Positions 1 to 8,684 are shown, counted from the stretch's first letter. The stretch: DNA of 24,515 nucleotides from Myxococcota bacterium (GCA_040386535.1 JAZKFH010000088.1:1-24515); one strand, 5' to 3'. Notes: generated by a model not told the origin, from the letters alone. Made by a program: numbers and translations.

Positions 1-68
1 AGGCATGTGCGCTATGCCGCCTGACGAGGACACTGTTTGACCGCCGGGGTAGTAACGACGGGGACGCG

Positions 69-1202
69 ATGTTCACCGCGCCAGGCGTGTGGGATGTCGT
101 CGGCGAGGCCATCGCCGCGGGAGACCACGACGGGGACGGCGTCGACGACCTCATCGTCGGCGGGTACGGGGTCGGCGACTACAATGTCGGAGCGATGTAC
201 CTGCTCTATGGCGGCGTCCGCCGCTCGGGCACCAACGGAATCGCCACGGCCGCCGACGCCGTGGTGACCGGCAACGATGTCGACGAATACCTCGGGATCG
301 ACGTCGCGTCCGGAGGAGACCTCGACGGCGACGGGACCGACGAGATCTTCGTCGGCGCCTACCTCCTGGACCGGTACGGTGCCAACAGCGGCGCGGCGTT
401 CGTGTTGTACGGCTCCGCCGGCCGGCGCTCCGGCGAGGCGGAAGCGAGCAGCGTCGCCGACGCGGTCATCCTGGGCGAAGAGGAGGGCGGCTACCTCGGT
501 GGGGCGGTCGCCCTGGTCCGCGACATGAACGGCGACGGCCTCGACGAGCTCCTGGTGGGCGGCACCGCCGACGAGCGGGGATCCGCCCTGTTGTTCCTCG
601 GCGACACGACGAGGCTCTCGGGGGAGTACGTCGCGAGCGGGGCAGACGTCGTCTACACGGGCGTCGCGAGCGGAGACGGCGCCGGCCAGGCCGTGTACAC
701 CCTCACCGACGTCACGGGAGACGGCTACGCCGACGCGGGGGTGTACGGGTACGGCTACGACGTGGGCGCCGCCCAGACGGGCGCCCTCTGGGTCTTCGGC
801 GGCGGTGCTTCGCTCACCGTGGACGCGGTTGCCACCCTCCACGGCGACAACGACGGCGACCGGTTCGGAGCGGGCGCCTGCTCCCCCGGCGACCTCGACG
901 GCGACGGCGCATCCGACCTGCTCGTCGGCGCCTACGAAGAAGACGGCGGCGTTGACGACGCCGGCGCCGCCCGCCTCTGGTACGGGCCCGTGAGCGGCAC
1001 GATGTCCGCCGCCACGGCCGACGTCACCTTCCTCGGCAGCCCCTCCACCCAGGGCCAGCTGGGGCGCTCCCTCGGAGCGGGGGATCTTACCGGCGACGGC
1101 TTCGCCGACATCGTGCTCGGCGCGCCCGGGGACAACGCGGACCCCGCCGGCAGCAATCGATCGGGATCCCTCTACGTGTGGGCCGGGTTGGGCGGGGAGT
1201 AG
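69..1202 (+). CDS. FG-GAP/integrin-alpha-like beta-propeller repeat protein (probably 5'-incomplete)
   Basis: Six FG-GAP-type Ca-binding repeats: GDHDGDGVDDLIVG, GDLDGDGTDEIFVGA, DMNGDGLDELLVG, DVTGDGYADAGV, GDLDGDGASDLLVGA, GDLTGDGFADIVLGAP. No signal peptide at ATG 69, and the frame is open back to position 3, so the true start is uncertain. Confidence 0.9.
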   Translation: MFTAPGVWDVVGEAIAAGDHDGDGVDDLIVGGYGVGDYNVGAMYLLYGGVRRSGTNGIATAADAVVTGNDVDEYLGIDVASGGDLDGDGTDEIFVGAYLLDRYGANSGAAFVLYGSAGRRSGEAEASSVADAVILGEEEGGYLGGAVALVRDMNGDGLDELLVGGTADERGSALLFLGDTTRLSGEYVASGADVVYTGVASGDGAGQAVYTLTDVTGDGYADAGVYGYGYDVGAAQTGALWVFGGGASLTVDAVATLHGDNDGDRFGAGACSPGDLDGDGASDLLVGAYEEDGGVDDAGAARLWYGPVSGTMSAATADVTFLGSPSTQGQLGRSLGAGDLTGDGFADIVLGAPGDNADPAGSNRSGSLYVWAGLGGE

Positions 1203-1203
1203 T

Positions 1204-1243
1204 GGCGAACACCTCGCCCCCACCAGGGTCACAGGCGTGACCC
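1204..1243 (+). terminator. Two small hairpins after the FG-GAP gene (possible terminator or stabiliser)
   Basis: GGCGA-acacc-TCGCC (1204-1218) and GGGTCAC-aggc-GTGACCC (1226-1243); no U-tract follows. Confidence 0.3.
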
Positions 1244-1265
1244 GCACCTAGGCCGCCGAGGCGGA

Positions 1266-1271
1266 TAGCCT
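1266..1271 (+). promoter_or_regulatory. Putative -10 element of a leaderless regB transcript
   Basis: TAGCCT (TANNNT) lies 6 nt before GTG 1278; no Shine-Dalgarno is present. Confidence 0.4.
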
Positions 1272-1277
1272 CGCCTC

Positions 1278-2492
1278 GTGAACCGCCCCTCGACCGTCGA
1301 CCCCGCCCTCGCGCTCCGCTGGCTCTCGCAGGCCCGCCGCGGCGTTGTCCTCGCCCAGACCCTGCTGCTGGCCATCGCGTGGGTGGGGACCGACGTGCGC
1401 CCTCCGCTCACGCCCCTGGTGGCGCTCCTCGGCGGGCTGGCCGCGTTCGACTTCGCTGAGCGCCGCCGAACGCCCACCGCGCGCCGGGTGATCGCCCACG
1501 CGGCCGTGGATCTCTCGGCCCTGACCGGCATCCTGCTCGTGACCGGGGGCGCGCAGAACCCGCTGCAGGCCTTCTACCTGGTCGAGGTCGCGCTCCTCGC
1601 CATCGTGCTCCCCGGGCGCGCCGCGTGGGCCGCGACAGGGGCCGCGCTGGTGCTTCAGGCCGCCGCGACGCTGCTCGCGCTCGACATCCCCGGCTTCGAC
1701 GAGGAGCCGCACCACCACCTCGGGCACCTCGCCGGCCACGTCCTCGCCTTCGACCTCGCCGCGGTCGCCGTGACGGCCTTCGTTGGTCGGCTCTCGGCGG
1801 CGCTCCGGGAGCGCGAGGCGGCCCTCCGCGCCTCGGAGGCCGAACGGGCGCACGGCGAGAGGCTCGCGGCCCTGGGGACGCTCGCCGCCGGGACGGCCCA
1901 CGCGCTCGGCACGCCGCTCGGCGCCATCGAGCTGCTCGGGGAGGAGCTCGCGATCGAGCCGTCGGCGGAGACGCTCGGCACCTTGCGTGGCGAGGTCCGC
2001 CGCTGCCGGGCGATCCTCGACCGGATGCTCGCCGGCGACGGCGGCGCGGACGGGAGCACGGACCGGATCGGCGAGCGCGTGGCCGCGTGGGTGGAGGCAT
2101 GGCGGGCGGGCCAGCCCGACGAGGTGCGCGTGACCCTGGTGGGCGAGCCGATCCTCGCGTCGGTGCTGGGTGGCGAGGACGGGTGGCGCGACGCGACGTG
2201 GACGGTGCTCGACAACGCTCGTGCGGCCGGCGAGCCCATCCGCGTGACCACGCGCCTCGACGCCGGGCGCGTCGTCGTCGCCGTGGAGGACAGCGGTCTC
2301 CCGGTGCCAGCGGAGCGCCTGGCACGCGCTGGCCAGCCCTTCTTCAGCGCGTGGCCGGGCCGCAAGGGCACGGGCCTCGGGCTGTATGTGGCGCGCACGT
2401 TCGCGCGCGCGGCGTCGGGGGACGTCATGCTCGAGCCTTGCGCCGACACGGGGACGCGCGCGATCCTCTCGATGGCGGTGGAGGGCCCATGA
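1278..2492 (+). CDS. regB: RegB/PrrB/RoxS-family membrane sensor histidine kinase
   Basis: Multi-TM N-terminus with TGGAQNPL (RegB GGxxNPF quinone motif); H-box AAGTAHALGTPL; RRCR (position of the RegB redox Cys); N-box VLDNA; VEDSG; GQPFFS; GTGLGL. Coupled by an ATGA overlap to a RegA-type regulator. Confidence 0.88.
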   Translation: MNRPSTVDPALALRWLSQARRGVVLAQTLLLAIAWVGTDVRPPLTPLVALLGGLAAFDFAERRRTPTARRVIAHAAVDLSALTGILLVTGGAQNPLQAFYLVEVALLAIVLPGRAAWAATGAALVLQAAATLLALDIPGFDEEPHHHLGHLAGHVLAFDLAAVAVTAFVGRLSAALREREAALRASEAERAHGERLAALGTLAAGTAHALGTPLGAIELLGEELAIEPSAETLGTLRGEVRRCRAILDRMLAGDGGADGSTDRIGERVAAWVEAWRAGQPDEVRVTLVGEPILASVLGGEDGWRDATWTVLDNARAAGEPIRVTTRLDAGRVVVAVEDSGLPVPAERLARAGQPFFSAWPGRKGTGLGLYVARTFARAASGDVMLEPCADTGTRAILSMAVEGP

Positions 2493-3028
2493 CGACCGTG
2501 CTCGTGGTGGAGGACGACGCGGTGTACCGAGGCGCGTTGGCGCGCGCGTTGCGCCGTGAGGGGTTCGTGCCGATCGAGGCCGACGGCGTCGAGACAGCGA
2601 ACGCCGTGCTCGCGGACGTCGTGCCGACCTACGCGGTCGTCGACCTCGCCCTGACCGACGGCTCCGGCATCGACGTCCTCCACACGCTGGCCGCGCGCGC
2701 CCCGGGCTGTCGCTCGCTCCTGCTCACCGCGCACGGCACGATCCCCGCGGCGGTCGAGGCGATGCGCGCCGGCGCCGTGGACTTCCGCACCAAACCCATC
2801 TCCACCGCCGAGCTCGTCGAAACCCTCCGTCGGTCGGACGATGTCCTTCGGCTCCGCGACAACTCCCCGCGGACAGGCCTCCCCGACGAGCTCGACGGCG
2901 CCGAGCGCCAGCACATCGTTCGCATCCTCGAGGCGTGCGAGGGCAACGTGTCGGAGGCCGCGCGCAGGCTCGGCCTCCACCGGCGCACGCTCCAGCGGAA
3001 GCTCCAGAAGCTGCCTTCGACGCGCTGA
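2489..3028 (+). CDS. regA: RegA/PrrA-family response regulator (receiver + Fis-type HTH), 179 aa
   Basis: ATG 2489 overlaps the kinase stop. Receiver motifs VLVVEDD, AVVDL, LLTAHG, TKP; C-terminal HIVRILEACEGNVSEAARRLGLHRRTLQRKLQK is the RegA signature HTH. Confidence 0.93.
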   Translation: MTTVLVVEDDAVYRGALARALRREGFVPIEADGVETANAVLADVVPTYAVVDLALTDGSGIDVLHTLAARAPGCRSLLLTAHGTIPAAVEAMRAGAVDFRTKPISTAELVETLRRSDDVLRLRDNSPRTGLPDELDGAERQHIVRILEACEGNVSEAARRLGLHRRTLQRKLQKLPSTR

Positions 3029-3066
3029 ACGGCAGGATGTCGCGCCGGGGTGCGACAACATGACGC
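3029..3066 (+). promoter_or_regulatory. Two tandem RegA/RegR-box-like sites upstream of the TonB-dependent receptor
   Basis: ACGGCAGGATGTCGC (3029-3043) and GCGACAACATGACGC (3052-3066) both fit the GCGRCA-N3-TGNCGC imperfect palindrome, with starts 23 bp apart. A weak -10-like TACAAG follows at 3092-3097. Confidence 0.7.
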
Positions 3067-3113
3067 ATGGCCGCGCACGCGCCCCGGCCCGTACAAGACG
3101 GGCCGGAGATACC

Positions 3114-5123
3114 GTGGACCCGACGCCGCCCCCCGAAGAGCCGACCGAGACCGCCGCGCCCGCCGACGACGAGGACGTCGACGAGGTCCTCGTCGTCACC
3201 GCCCCGAAGCCCATCACCGCCGCTTCCGCCCTCACCGCCTCGGCCAGGGACGTGGAGCTCCGGCCCCTGACCCGCCCCGGCGACGTCGCCGAGGTGATGC
3301 CGGGCATGTTCGCCGTCCAGCACGCGGGCGGCGGCAAGGCGAACCAGTTCTTCATCCGCGGCTTCGACGCGGACCACGGCACCGACATCGCCCTCGGCGT
3401 AGACGGCGTGCCCGTGAACATGGTGTCCCACGCGCACGGGCAGGGCTACGCCGACCTGCACTTCCTCATCCCCGAGACCGTGCGGTCGGTGGACGTACGG
3501 AAGGGCCCCTACGAGGTCTTCGACGGCGACCTCGCCACCGCGGGCGCCGTGGACATGCACCTCGTCGACGAGGTGCGCGAGAGCTCGGTCACCGGCACCT
3601 ACGGCATGTTCCAGACGTGGCGGGGCGTCGCGCTCCTGGGCGCCAACAAGGGACCGAGCCACGCCGTCCTCGCCGCGGAAGCGTTCGGGACGGACGGCCC
3701 CTTCGACACCCCCGAGGACCTCACGCGCTTCAACGCCTACGCCAAGGTCTCCACCACCGTGGCGAACACCGCGAAGCTCAGCCTCGCCGGGTCCGCCTAC
3801 GGCAGCGGCTGGAACGCCTCCGGGCAGATCCCGCTCCGGTCGGTGGAGGACGGCTCGCTCTCCTACTGGGGGACCGAGGATCCGAGCGACGGCGGCGCGA
3901 GCACGCGGCGGCAGGTCTGGGGAACGTTCGACGCCGGCAGCGACGTCTCGTCGGTCTCGGCACGCGCCTGGTACGGCAGCTACGGGCTCAACCTCTACTC
4001 GAACTTCACGTTCTTCGCGGGCGACCCGTTGAACGGCGACCAGATCGAGCAGCAGGACCGCCGCACGTTCGGCGGGTACGACGCGGCCTGGACCACGCGC
4101 CTCGACGCCGGGAACTTCCGCTTCAGCACGCGCCTCGGGGCCCAGGGGCGCTCGGACAGCATCCACACCCTCCTCCTCCAGGATCACGAGCGTGAGCGGC
4201 TCTCCACGACCGTCGACGCGGACGTGGAGGAGGCGCGGAACGGCGCCTACGTGCGAGAGGAGATCGCCTTCGATCGCTGGGTCCGCTTCATCGGCGGTGC
4301 GCGCTTCGACCACTACACCTTCGCCGTGGACGACGCGCTCGACATCGAGGGGGACGGCGTCTCCACGAGCGGTGTCCAAACCGCCGCGTTGGTGTCACCC
4401 AAGGCCAACCTCGTCGTCGTGCCGACGAAGTGGCTGGACGTGTTCGTCAACTTCGGCCGCGGGTTCCACTCCAACGACGCGCGCGGCGTCGTGCGCTCGG
4501 TCGACCCTGTCACCCCCGTCACCCCCGCCACCGGCTACGAAGCGGGCGTCCGCCTGCACAACGACCGTTGGGGCCAGGTGGCCGTCGTCGCGTGGGCCCT
4601 GGACATGGACGCCGAGACGGTCTGGGTCGGGGACGAGGGCACCACCGAGCTCCGGGGCGAGACCCATCGTCAGGGGATCGACGCGATGCTCCGCGGCTCG
4701 ATCCTCGATTGGTTGCACGTGGACGCCGATGTCACATTGGCGAAGGCCGTCTACGCGGGCAACGCCGGCAATGGGGACGCCGTCGCCCTCGCGCCCACCT
4801 TCACGCTCGCGGGCGGCGTGGAGATCGACCACCCGAGCGGCGCGTCGGGAGGCGCCCGCATTCGTCACATCGGCGACCGGCCGGCGACCGAGGACGGCTC
4901 CCTCGTCGCCGAGGGCTGGACCGTGCTCGACGCGGAGGCTGGCTACCGCTGGCGCTTCGTGCAGCTCCGCGTCCAGGTGAACAACGTGCTCGGGACCGAG
5001 TGGAAGGAGGTCCAGTTCGCGAACGAGTCGCGTCTGGCCGACGAAATCGAGGCTGTGGAGGACATCCACTTCACGCCCGGATGGCCGAGGGCGGTCCTCG
5101 CGTCCCTGACCGTCTACCGCTGA
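3114..5123 (+). CDS. TonB-dependent outer-membrane receptor
   Basis: TonB-box-like EVLVVTA; plug motifs QHAGGGKANQFFIRGFDADHGTD and VDVRKGPY; barrel strands; C-terminal VNNVLG...GWPRAVLASLTVYR. Start chosen at GTG 3114 (SD GGAG at 3105-3108); ATG 3060 is an alternative but lies inside the predicted regulator site. Confidence 0.92.
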   Translation: MDPTPPPEEPTETAAPADDEDVDEVLVVTAPKPITAASALTASARDVELRPLTRPGDVAEVMPGMFAVQHAGGGKANQFFIRGFDADHGTDIALGVDGVPVNMVSHAHGQGYADLHFLIPETVRSVDVRKGPYEVFDGDLATAGAVDMHLVDEVRESSVTGTYGMFQTWRGVALLGANKGPSHAVLAAEAFGTDGPFDTPEDLTRFNAYAKVSTTVANTAKLSLAGSAYGSGWNASGQIPLRSVEDGSLSYWGTEDPSDGGASTRRQVWGTFDAGSDVSSVSARAWYGSYGLNLYSNFTFFAGDPLNGDQIEQQDRRTFGGYDAAWTTRLDAGNFRFSTRLGAQGRSDSIHTLLLQDHERERLSTTVDADVEEARNGAYVREEIAFDRWVRFIGGARFDHYTFAVDDALDIEGDGVSTSGVQTAALVSPKANLVVVPTKWLDVFVNFGRGFHSNDARGVVRSVDPVTPVTPATGYEAGVRLHNDRWGQVAVVAWALDMDAETVWVGDEGTTELRGETHRQGIDAMLRGSILDWLHVDADVTLAKAVYAGNAGNGDAVALAPTFTLAGGVEIDHPSGASGGARIRHIGDRPATEDGSLVAEGWTVLDAEAGYRWRFVQLRVQVNNVLGTEWKEVQFANESRLADEIEAVEDIHFTPGWPRAVLASLTVYR

Positions 5124-5163
5124 CAATCCAGACACAGCCCTCCGGGGCGCCGAAGAGCCCAAA

Positions 5164-5261
5164 CCAGCGATGCAGGAGAGTGAGCAAGCGGCGCATCGCT
5201 GGCACTTCAACGTCGTGAGCTCGGGCGGGCTCAGCTACTAGCAGGCGACAAGGGAGTCGCC
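5164..5261. terminator. Cluster of hairpins between convergent genes
   Basis: CCAGCGATGC/GCATCGCTGG (5164-5173/5193-5202), TGAGCTC/GGGCTCA (5216-5233) and GGCGAC/GTCGCC (5244-5261); no clear U-tract. Confidence 0.3.
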
Positions 5262-5263
5262 GC

Positions 5264-7669
5264 CTACTTCGTCGTGGCGAGCATGCGCACCAGCGCCTCC
5301 CGCTCCGCCACGAGCTCCGCGGCGGTCCACCCGTACGCCACCCGCCGCTCCTCGAGGACGATCTCGAGGCGCGCGTCGAGCCAGCGGCGGAACAGCGGCA
5401 CGAGCGCCGTCGGCTCGTCTTTCTGCATCGCCTCCACCTCACGCGCGATCAGGCCCGCCTTCTCCGGCTCGAACCGCACCTGCACGTCGGGGACCCGGCG
5501 GACCTGCTCGTAGAGCGAGGAGGCGCCGCCGCCGCGCAGGGCGTGCACGATCCGCACCTCGCCCTGCCAGACGATGACGTTGTGGACCACGTCCACGACC
5601 TCCGTGCGCTGCTCCTTGCGCGTCTCGGGGAGGACCGTGCCGGTGAGCTGCTGGTACTTCTCGATGGACGCCCGGCGGCTCGTCTCCAGGGAGTCGAGCC
5701 GCTTCTGGAGCTCCTCGCGCTTGTCGTTGAGCCGTTCGCCCGACCCGGTGTTCGGTCCGATGGCCATGCCCGTCACGCGGTCGAGCACGACCTGGTCGTC
5801 GCGCACCGCCATCGGCATGTCCGAGAACACCTTGGCGCGCTCGGCCTCGATCCACGCGAGGTGCCGCTCGAGCTGCACGAGCTCGGCGTCCATCGCGGCG
5901 TACGCGACCGTGTTGTCGACCTCGTGCTCCACCGTCTTCGTGCGCGTCTCGGCGATCGCGTAGCCCACGACCCCCTCCCGGACGTTCACCTTTGGCTTCC
6001 AGCGCTCGAACGCCAGCTCGGGGCCACCGACGCGCTCCCGGACCCGCGCGAGGTCGCCCGGGTCCACGAGGACGACGCGCGGGCCGTCGTCGGCGGGCCT
6101 CAGCAAGGCGCTCCGCCTCACGAACTCGACGAACGCCGTCGCGCTCGGCGCGTTGGCAGGGGGCGCGCCCACGACGCGCCCGAACAGCGCGACGGCCTCC
6201 CGTTGCCAGCGCGTCGCGTTCGCGTCCTCCATCGCGCCCAGGAACCCCTTGTGATGCTCGTGAAAACGCCCCACCGCGTGGTCCACCGCGAGGCCGACCG
6301 GCAGCGCCCGGCCCACCATCCCCCGCTCGAGGAGGGCCTCGGCCCAGGCCTCCAGGAGGGCGAAGGTGGGGGCGGCGAGCGCGGCGACGCGGGGATCCTC
6401 GGCGTGGCCGCGCACGACGGTGGCGAGGCTCGCGGCGAGGCGATCCGCTCGCGTCCAAACCGGCTCGGAGGCGTCCCGCGTGAGGTCCAGCAGCGGCGCG
6501 ACCCGGCGCGCGCCGTCGGGGAGGGCCGCCAGCTCCCGGCTCCCGCCGCTGGCGGCCACCTCGCCCAATTCCCGCGCGTAGACTCCTGCGGCTCGGAGCG
6601 TGGCCGCGCCGCCCACGGTGTCCTTCGAGGCGAGGGTGTCGAGGGTGTCGGCGAGCGCGCCGAGCGCGGCCACCACCGGCGCGCGCTCCTGCTCCCGCGG
6701 GGGGCGTACCGACGCGATCGTCGCGAGCGCAAAGCACTCGCGCTCCAGCGCCGCGATCCATTTCGTGGCCGTCGGCCCGCTCGTGGCAGCACGCGCGGCC
6801 CCCGCGGCCGCGAGCTCCTTCATCAGGCCGGCGGCCACCTCGTCCGCGAGCGCCGCGCCGTCTGGCTGCACCACCGCCGCGGCGGCCAACACGGGGATCC
6901 GGGCGTCGATCGCCTTCGCGTCGCCGGCGGCGAGCCGCTTGCGCGTGGAGGCGGCGAAGGCGTCCCACTCCCAGAGATCCAGGTGCCTCGGCTTCACCTC
7001 GGTCACCTCGCGGACGATCCACGCCACTTCCAGGTTCGTGGCGTCCGCGGGGACGACGCTCGCCGCGGCGGCGGCCGCCTCGACCGCCACGATCGCGGGG
7101 TAAAAGTGCGAGCCGCCGGGGGCCCGCCGGATCCGCGAGCCGATGGCCGCGACGCCCACGAGGATCCGCGGATCGTCGGTCTCCACGAGCACCACCCCCG
7201 GGAAGCGGCCCTCGTACTTCCCCTCGGCGGCGCCCACCCCGCGGACCTTCGTGAGGCGCAGCCCCAGGTGCGCGAGCTGCGCGTCCAGCCCGGACACGCC
7301 CGCGGGCCAGCGGACCTCGGCTCGGATCCCCCACACGGGATCGTCGTGCCCCGCCGCGAGGAGCTCGATGCTGCGCAGATCGCCGCCCTTGATCCCCTCG
7401 TAGCGCCAGAAGGTGTTGGCGTCGTCGACCTCCCAGCCCGTGATGAGCCCGCGCTCCTCCGCCTTGTACCGCTCTTCGTAGCTGAGCACCTCGCGCAGCT
7501 CGTAGAACTCCCCCTCGACGCGGTACCGCCCCTTCGTGGTGAAGTAGTACCGGAACCCGGCGATCTTCTCGCCCTCCAGCAGGTCCGCGTAGGTGGCCGG
7601 GCGGATGGGGTACTTCGCGTGGGCCGGGGAGGCGAGGGCGAGCAGCAGGGCCGCGACGAGGACACGCAC
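5264..7669 (-). CDS. Secreted hypothetical protein, 801 aa, helical with a C-terminal coiled coil
   Basis: Sec signal MRVLVAALLLALASPAHA; SD AAGGAG upstream; GC3-rich frame; heptad-like segments MDAELVQLERHLAWIEAERAK and LNDKREELQKRLDSLETSRR. Confidence 0.8.
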   Translation of the reverse strand: MRVLVAALLLALASPAHAKYPIRPATYADLLEGEKIAGFRYYFTTKGRYRVEGEFYELREVLSYEERYKAEERGLITGWEVDDANTFWRYEGIKGGDLRSIELLAAGHDDPVWGIRAEVRWPAGVSGLDAQLAHLGLRLTKVRGVGAAEGKYEGRFPGVVLVETDDPRILVGVAAIGSRIRRAPGGSHFYPAIVAVEAAAAAASVVPADATNLEVAWIVREVTEVKPRHLDLWEWDAFAASTRKRLAAGDAKAIDARIPVLAAAAVVQPDGAALADEVAAGLMKELAAAGAARAATSGPTATKWIAALERECFALATIASVRPPREQERAPVVAALGALADTLDTLASKDTVGGAATLRAAGVYARELGEVAASGGSRELAALPDGARRVAPLLDLTRDASEPVWTRADRLAASLATVVRGHAEDPRVAALAAPTFALLEAWAEALLERGMVGRALPVGLAVDHAVGRFHEHHKGFLGAMEDANATRWQREAVALFGRVVGAPPANAPSATAFVEFVRRSALLRPADDGPRVVLVDPGDLARVRERVGGPELAFERWKPKVNVREGVVGYAIAETRTKTVEHEVDNTVAYAAMDAELVQLERHLAWIEAERAKVFSDMPMAVRDDQVVLDRVTGMAIGPNTGSGERLNDKREELQKRLDSLETSRRASIEKYQQLTGTVLPETRKEQRTEVVDVVHNVIVWQGEVRIVHALRGGGASSLYEQVRRVPDVQVRFEPEKAGLIAREVEAMQKDEPTALVPLFRRWLDARLEIVLEERRVAYGWTAAELVAEREALVRMLATTK

Positions 7670-7760
7670 CGGTGGAAGCTCCTTGGAGGGCGGAGGCGCC
7701 GCTCGTGGGCACTACTGTACCGCTCCCGTCGCCCGGCGGAGGCAAAGCACTTCCCGCGCC

Positions 7761-8666
7761 CTACGTCTCGTCCAGCATCACGTCCTCCGCACCCAACACC
7801 AACTCGAAGTTGCCCTTTCCATCTGGACGCACCAGGTCGCCACGCACCCCCGCCGCCCGCAGCCGCGCCCGCAGCCGCGACATCTGCACGTCCCAGCGCC
7901 GCCGAAGCTGGGAGCGGTCATCCACCTCCGGCCAGAGCGCGATGGCGACCCCCTCCCAGCCGACCGGCTTCCCGACCGTGGCGATCTCGCTCAACAGCCT
8001 TGCGAGCAGTCCAGACAACACGACGACCGGCCGCCCGATTCGCACGATGTGGACGGTGTCGTAGCGACAGACGATACGAAGCGGCGCGTCTACGGCGCCG
8101 TCGGCACGTGTCGGAGTCGCGGCGGCCCGTGTCCCGGAGAGCTCGATGACGGCGTAGGCCCGCCCTTCCACCTCGAACACCTGACCCGGCACCACGTCCA
8201 CGACCTCCCCGCCAGCGGCTCGAGCGCGCATGCCGAGGCCGGTGGACCAGAAGAGGACCGCTGCGTCGTCATCGAAGCGGGAGAGCAGCTCGACCCGCGG
8301 ACGGACGCGGAGGGCCCCGACTCCGGACAGGGGGCGCGCCCCGAGCCCGGGGCCCTCCAGGCCGAGGATCGTGTCGGGAAGAATGACGTACTCGACGGCG
8401 ACGGCGACACCATCGGCGAGCTGGATCGTGAGCCCCGGCTCGAGCTCCACCTCGGTCCGACTCTCGGCGTTCACCGCTACGCGTCGCCGGAGGGCCAGCA
8501 TCCACAACGCGCCGTCCCGGTGGCTGACCATCGCGTGCGCCTCGGACACCCGCGGGTCATCGAGCTGCAGGGAGGCGTTCCAGCCGCGTCCGATGATGTC
8601 GCCCGGGCCGAGCTCTACCAGGCTCCCGTCCGAGGCCCGAAGCCCCACCGCGCAGCGCCAGTTCAT
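7761..8666 (-). CDS. FHA-domain + C-terminal winged-helix (OmpR/SARP-like) putative transcriptional regulator
   Basis: FHA motif IIGRG...LDDPRVSEAHA; wHTH-like ALWPE...RRRWDVQMSRLRARLRAAGVRGDLVRPDGKGNFEL. Confidence 0.82.
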   Translation of the reverse strand: MNWRCAVGLRASDGSLVELGPGDIIGRGWNASLQLDDPRVSEAHAMVSHRDGALWMLALRRRVAVNAESRTEVELEPGLTIQLADGVAVAVEYVILPDTILGLEGPGLGARPLSGVGALRVRPRVELLSRFDDDAAVLFWSTGLGMRARAAGGEVVDVVPGQVFEVEGRAYAVIELSGTRAAATPTRADGAVDAPLRIVCRYDTVHIVRIGRPVVVLSGLLARLLSEIATVGKPVGWEGVAIALWPEVDDRSQLRRRWDVQMSRLRARLRAAGVRGDLVRPDGKGNFELVLGAEDVMLDET

Positions 8667-8671
8667 GGAGC

Positions 8672-8680
8672 ACTGTACCA
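8672..8680 (-). promoter_or_regulatory. Putative extended -10 (TGgTACAGT) for a leaderless FHA-regulator transcript
   Basis: TGnTANNNT lies 5 nt upstream of ATG 8666; no SD. Confidence 0.45.
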
Positions 8681-8684
8681 GCTC

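Noticed and set aside
1625..2488. N-terminal extension of the response-regulator ORF
   Set aside because: Arg/Gly-rich off-frame read of the kinase gene; the real start is ATG 2489.
7714..7745. TTGCCT...TACAGT promoter for the 801-aa gene
   Set aside because: The 20-bp spacer is too long for a standard sigma70 promoter; only the -10 is plausible.
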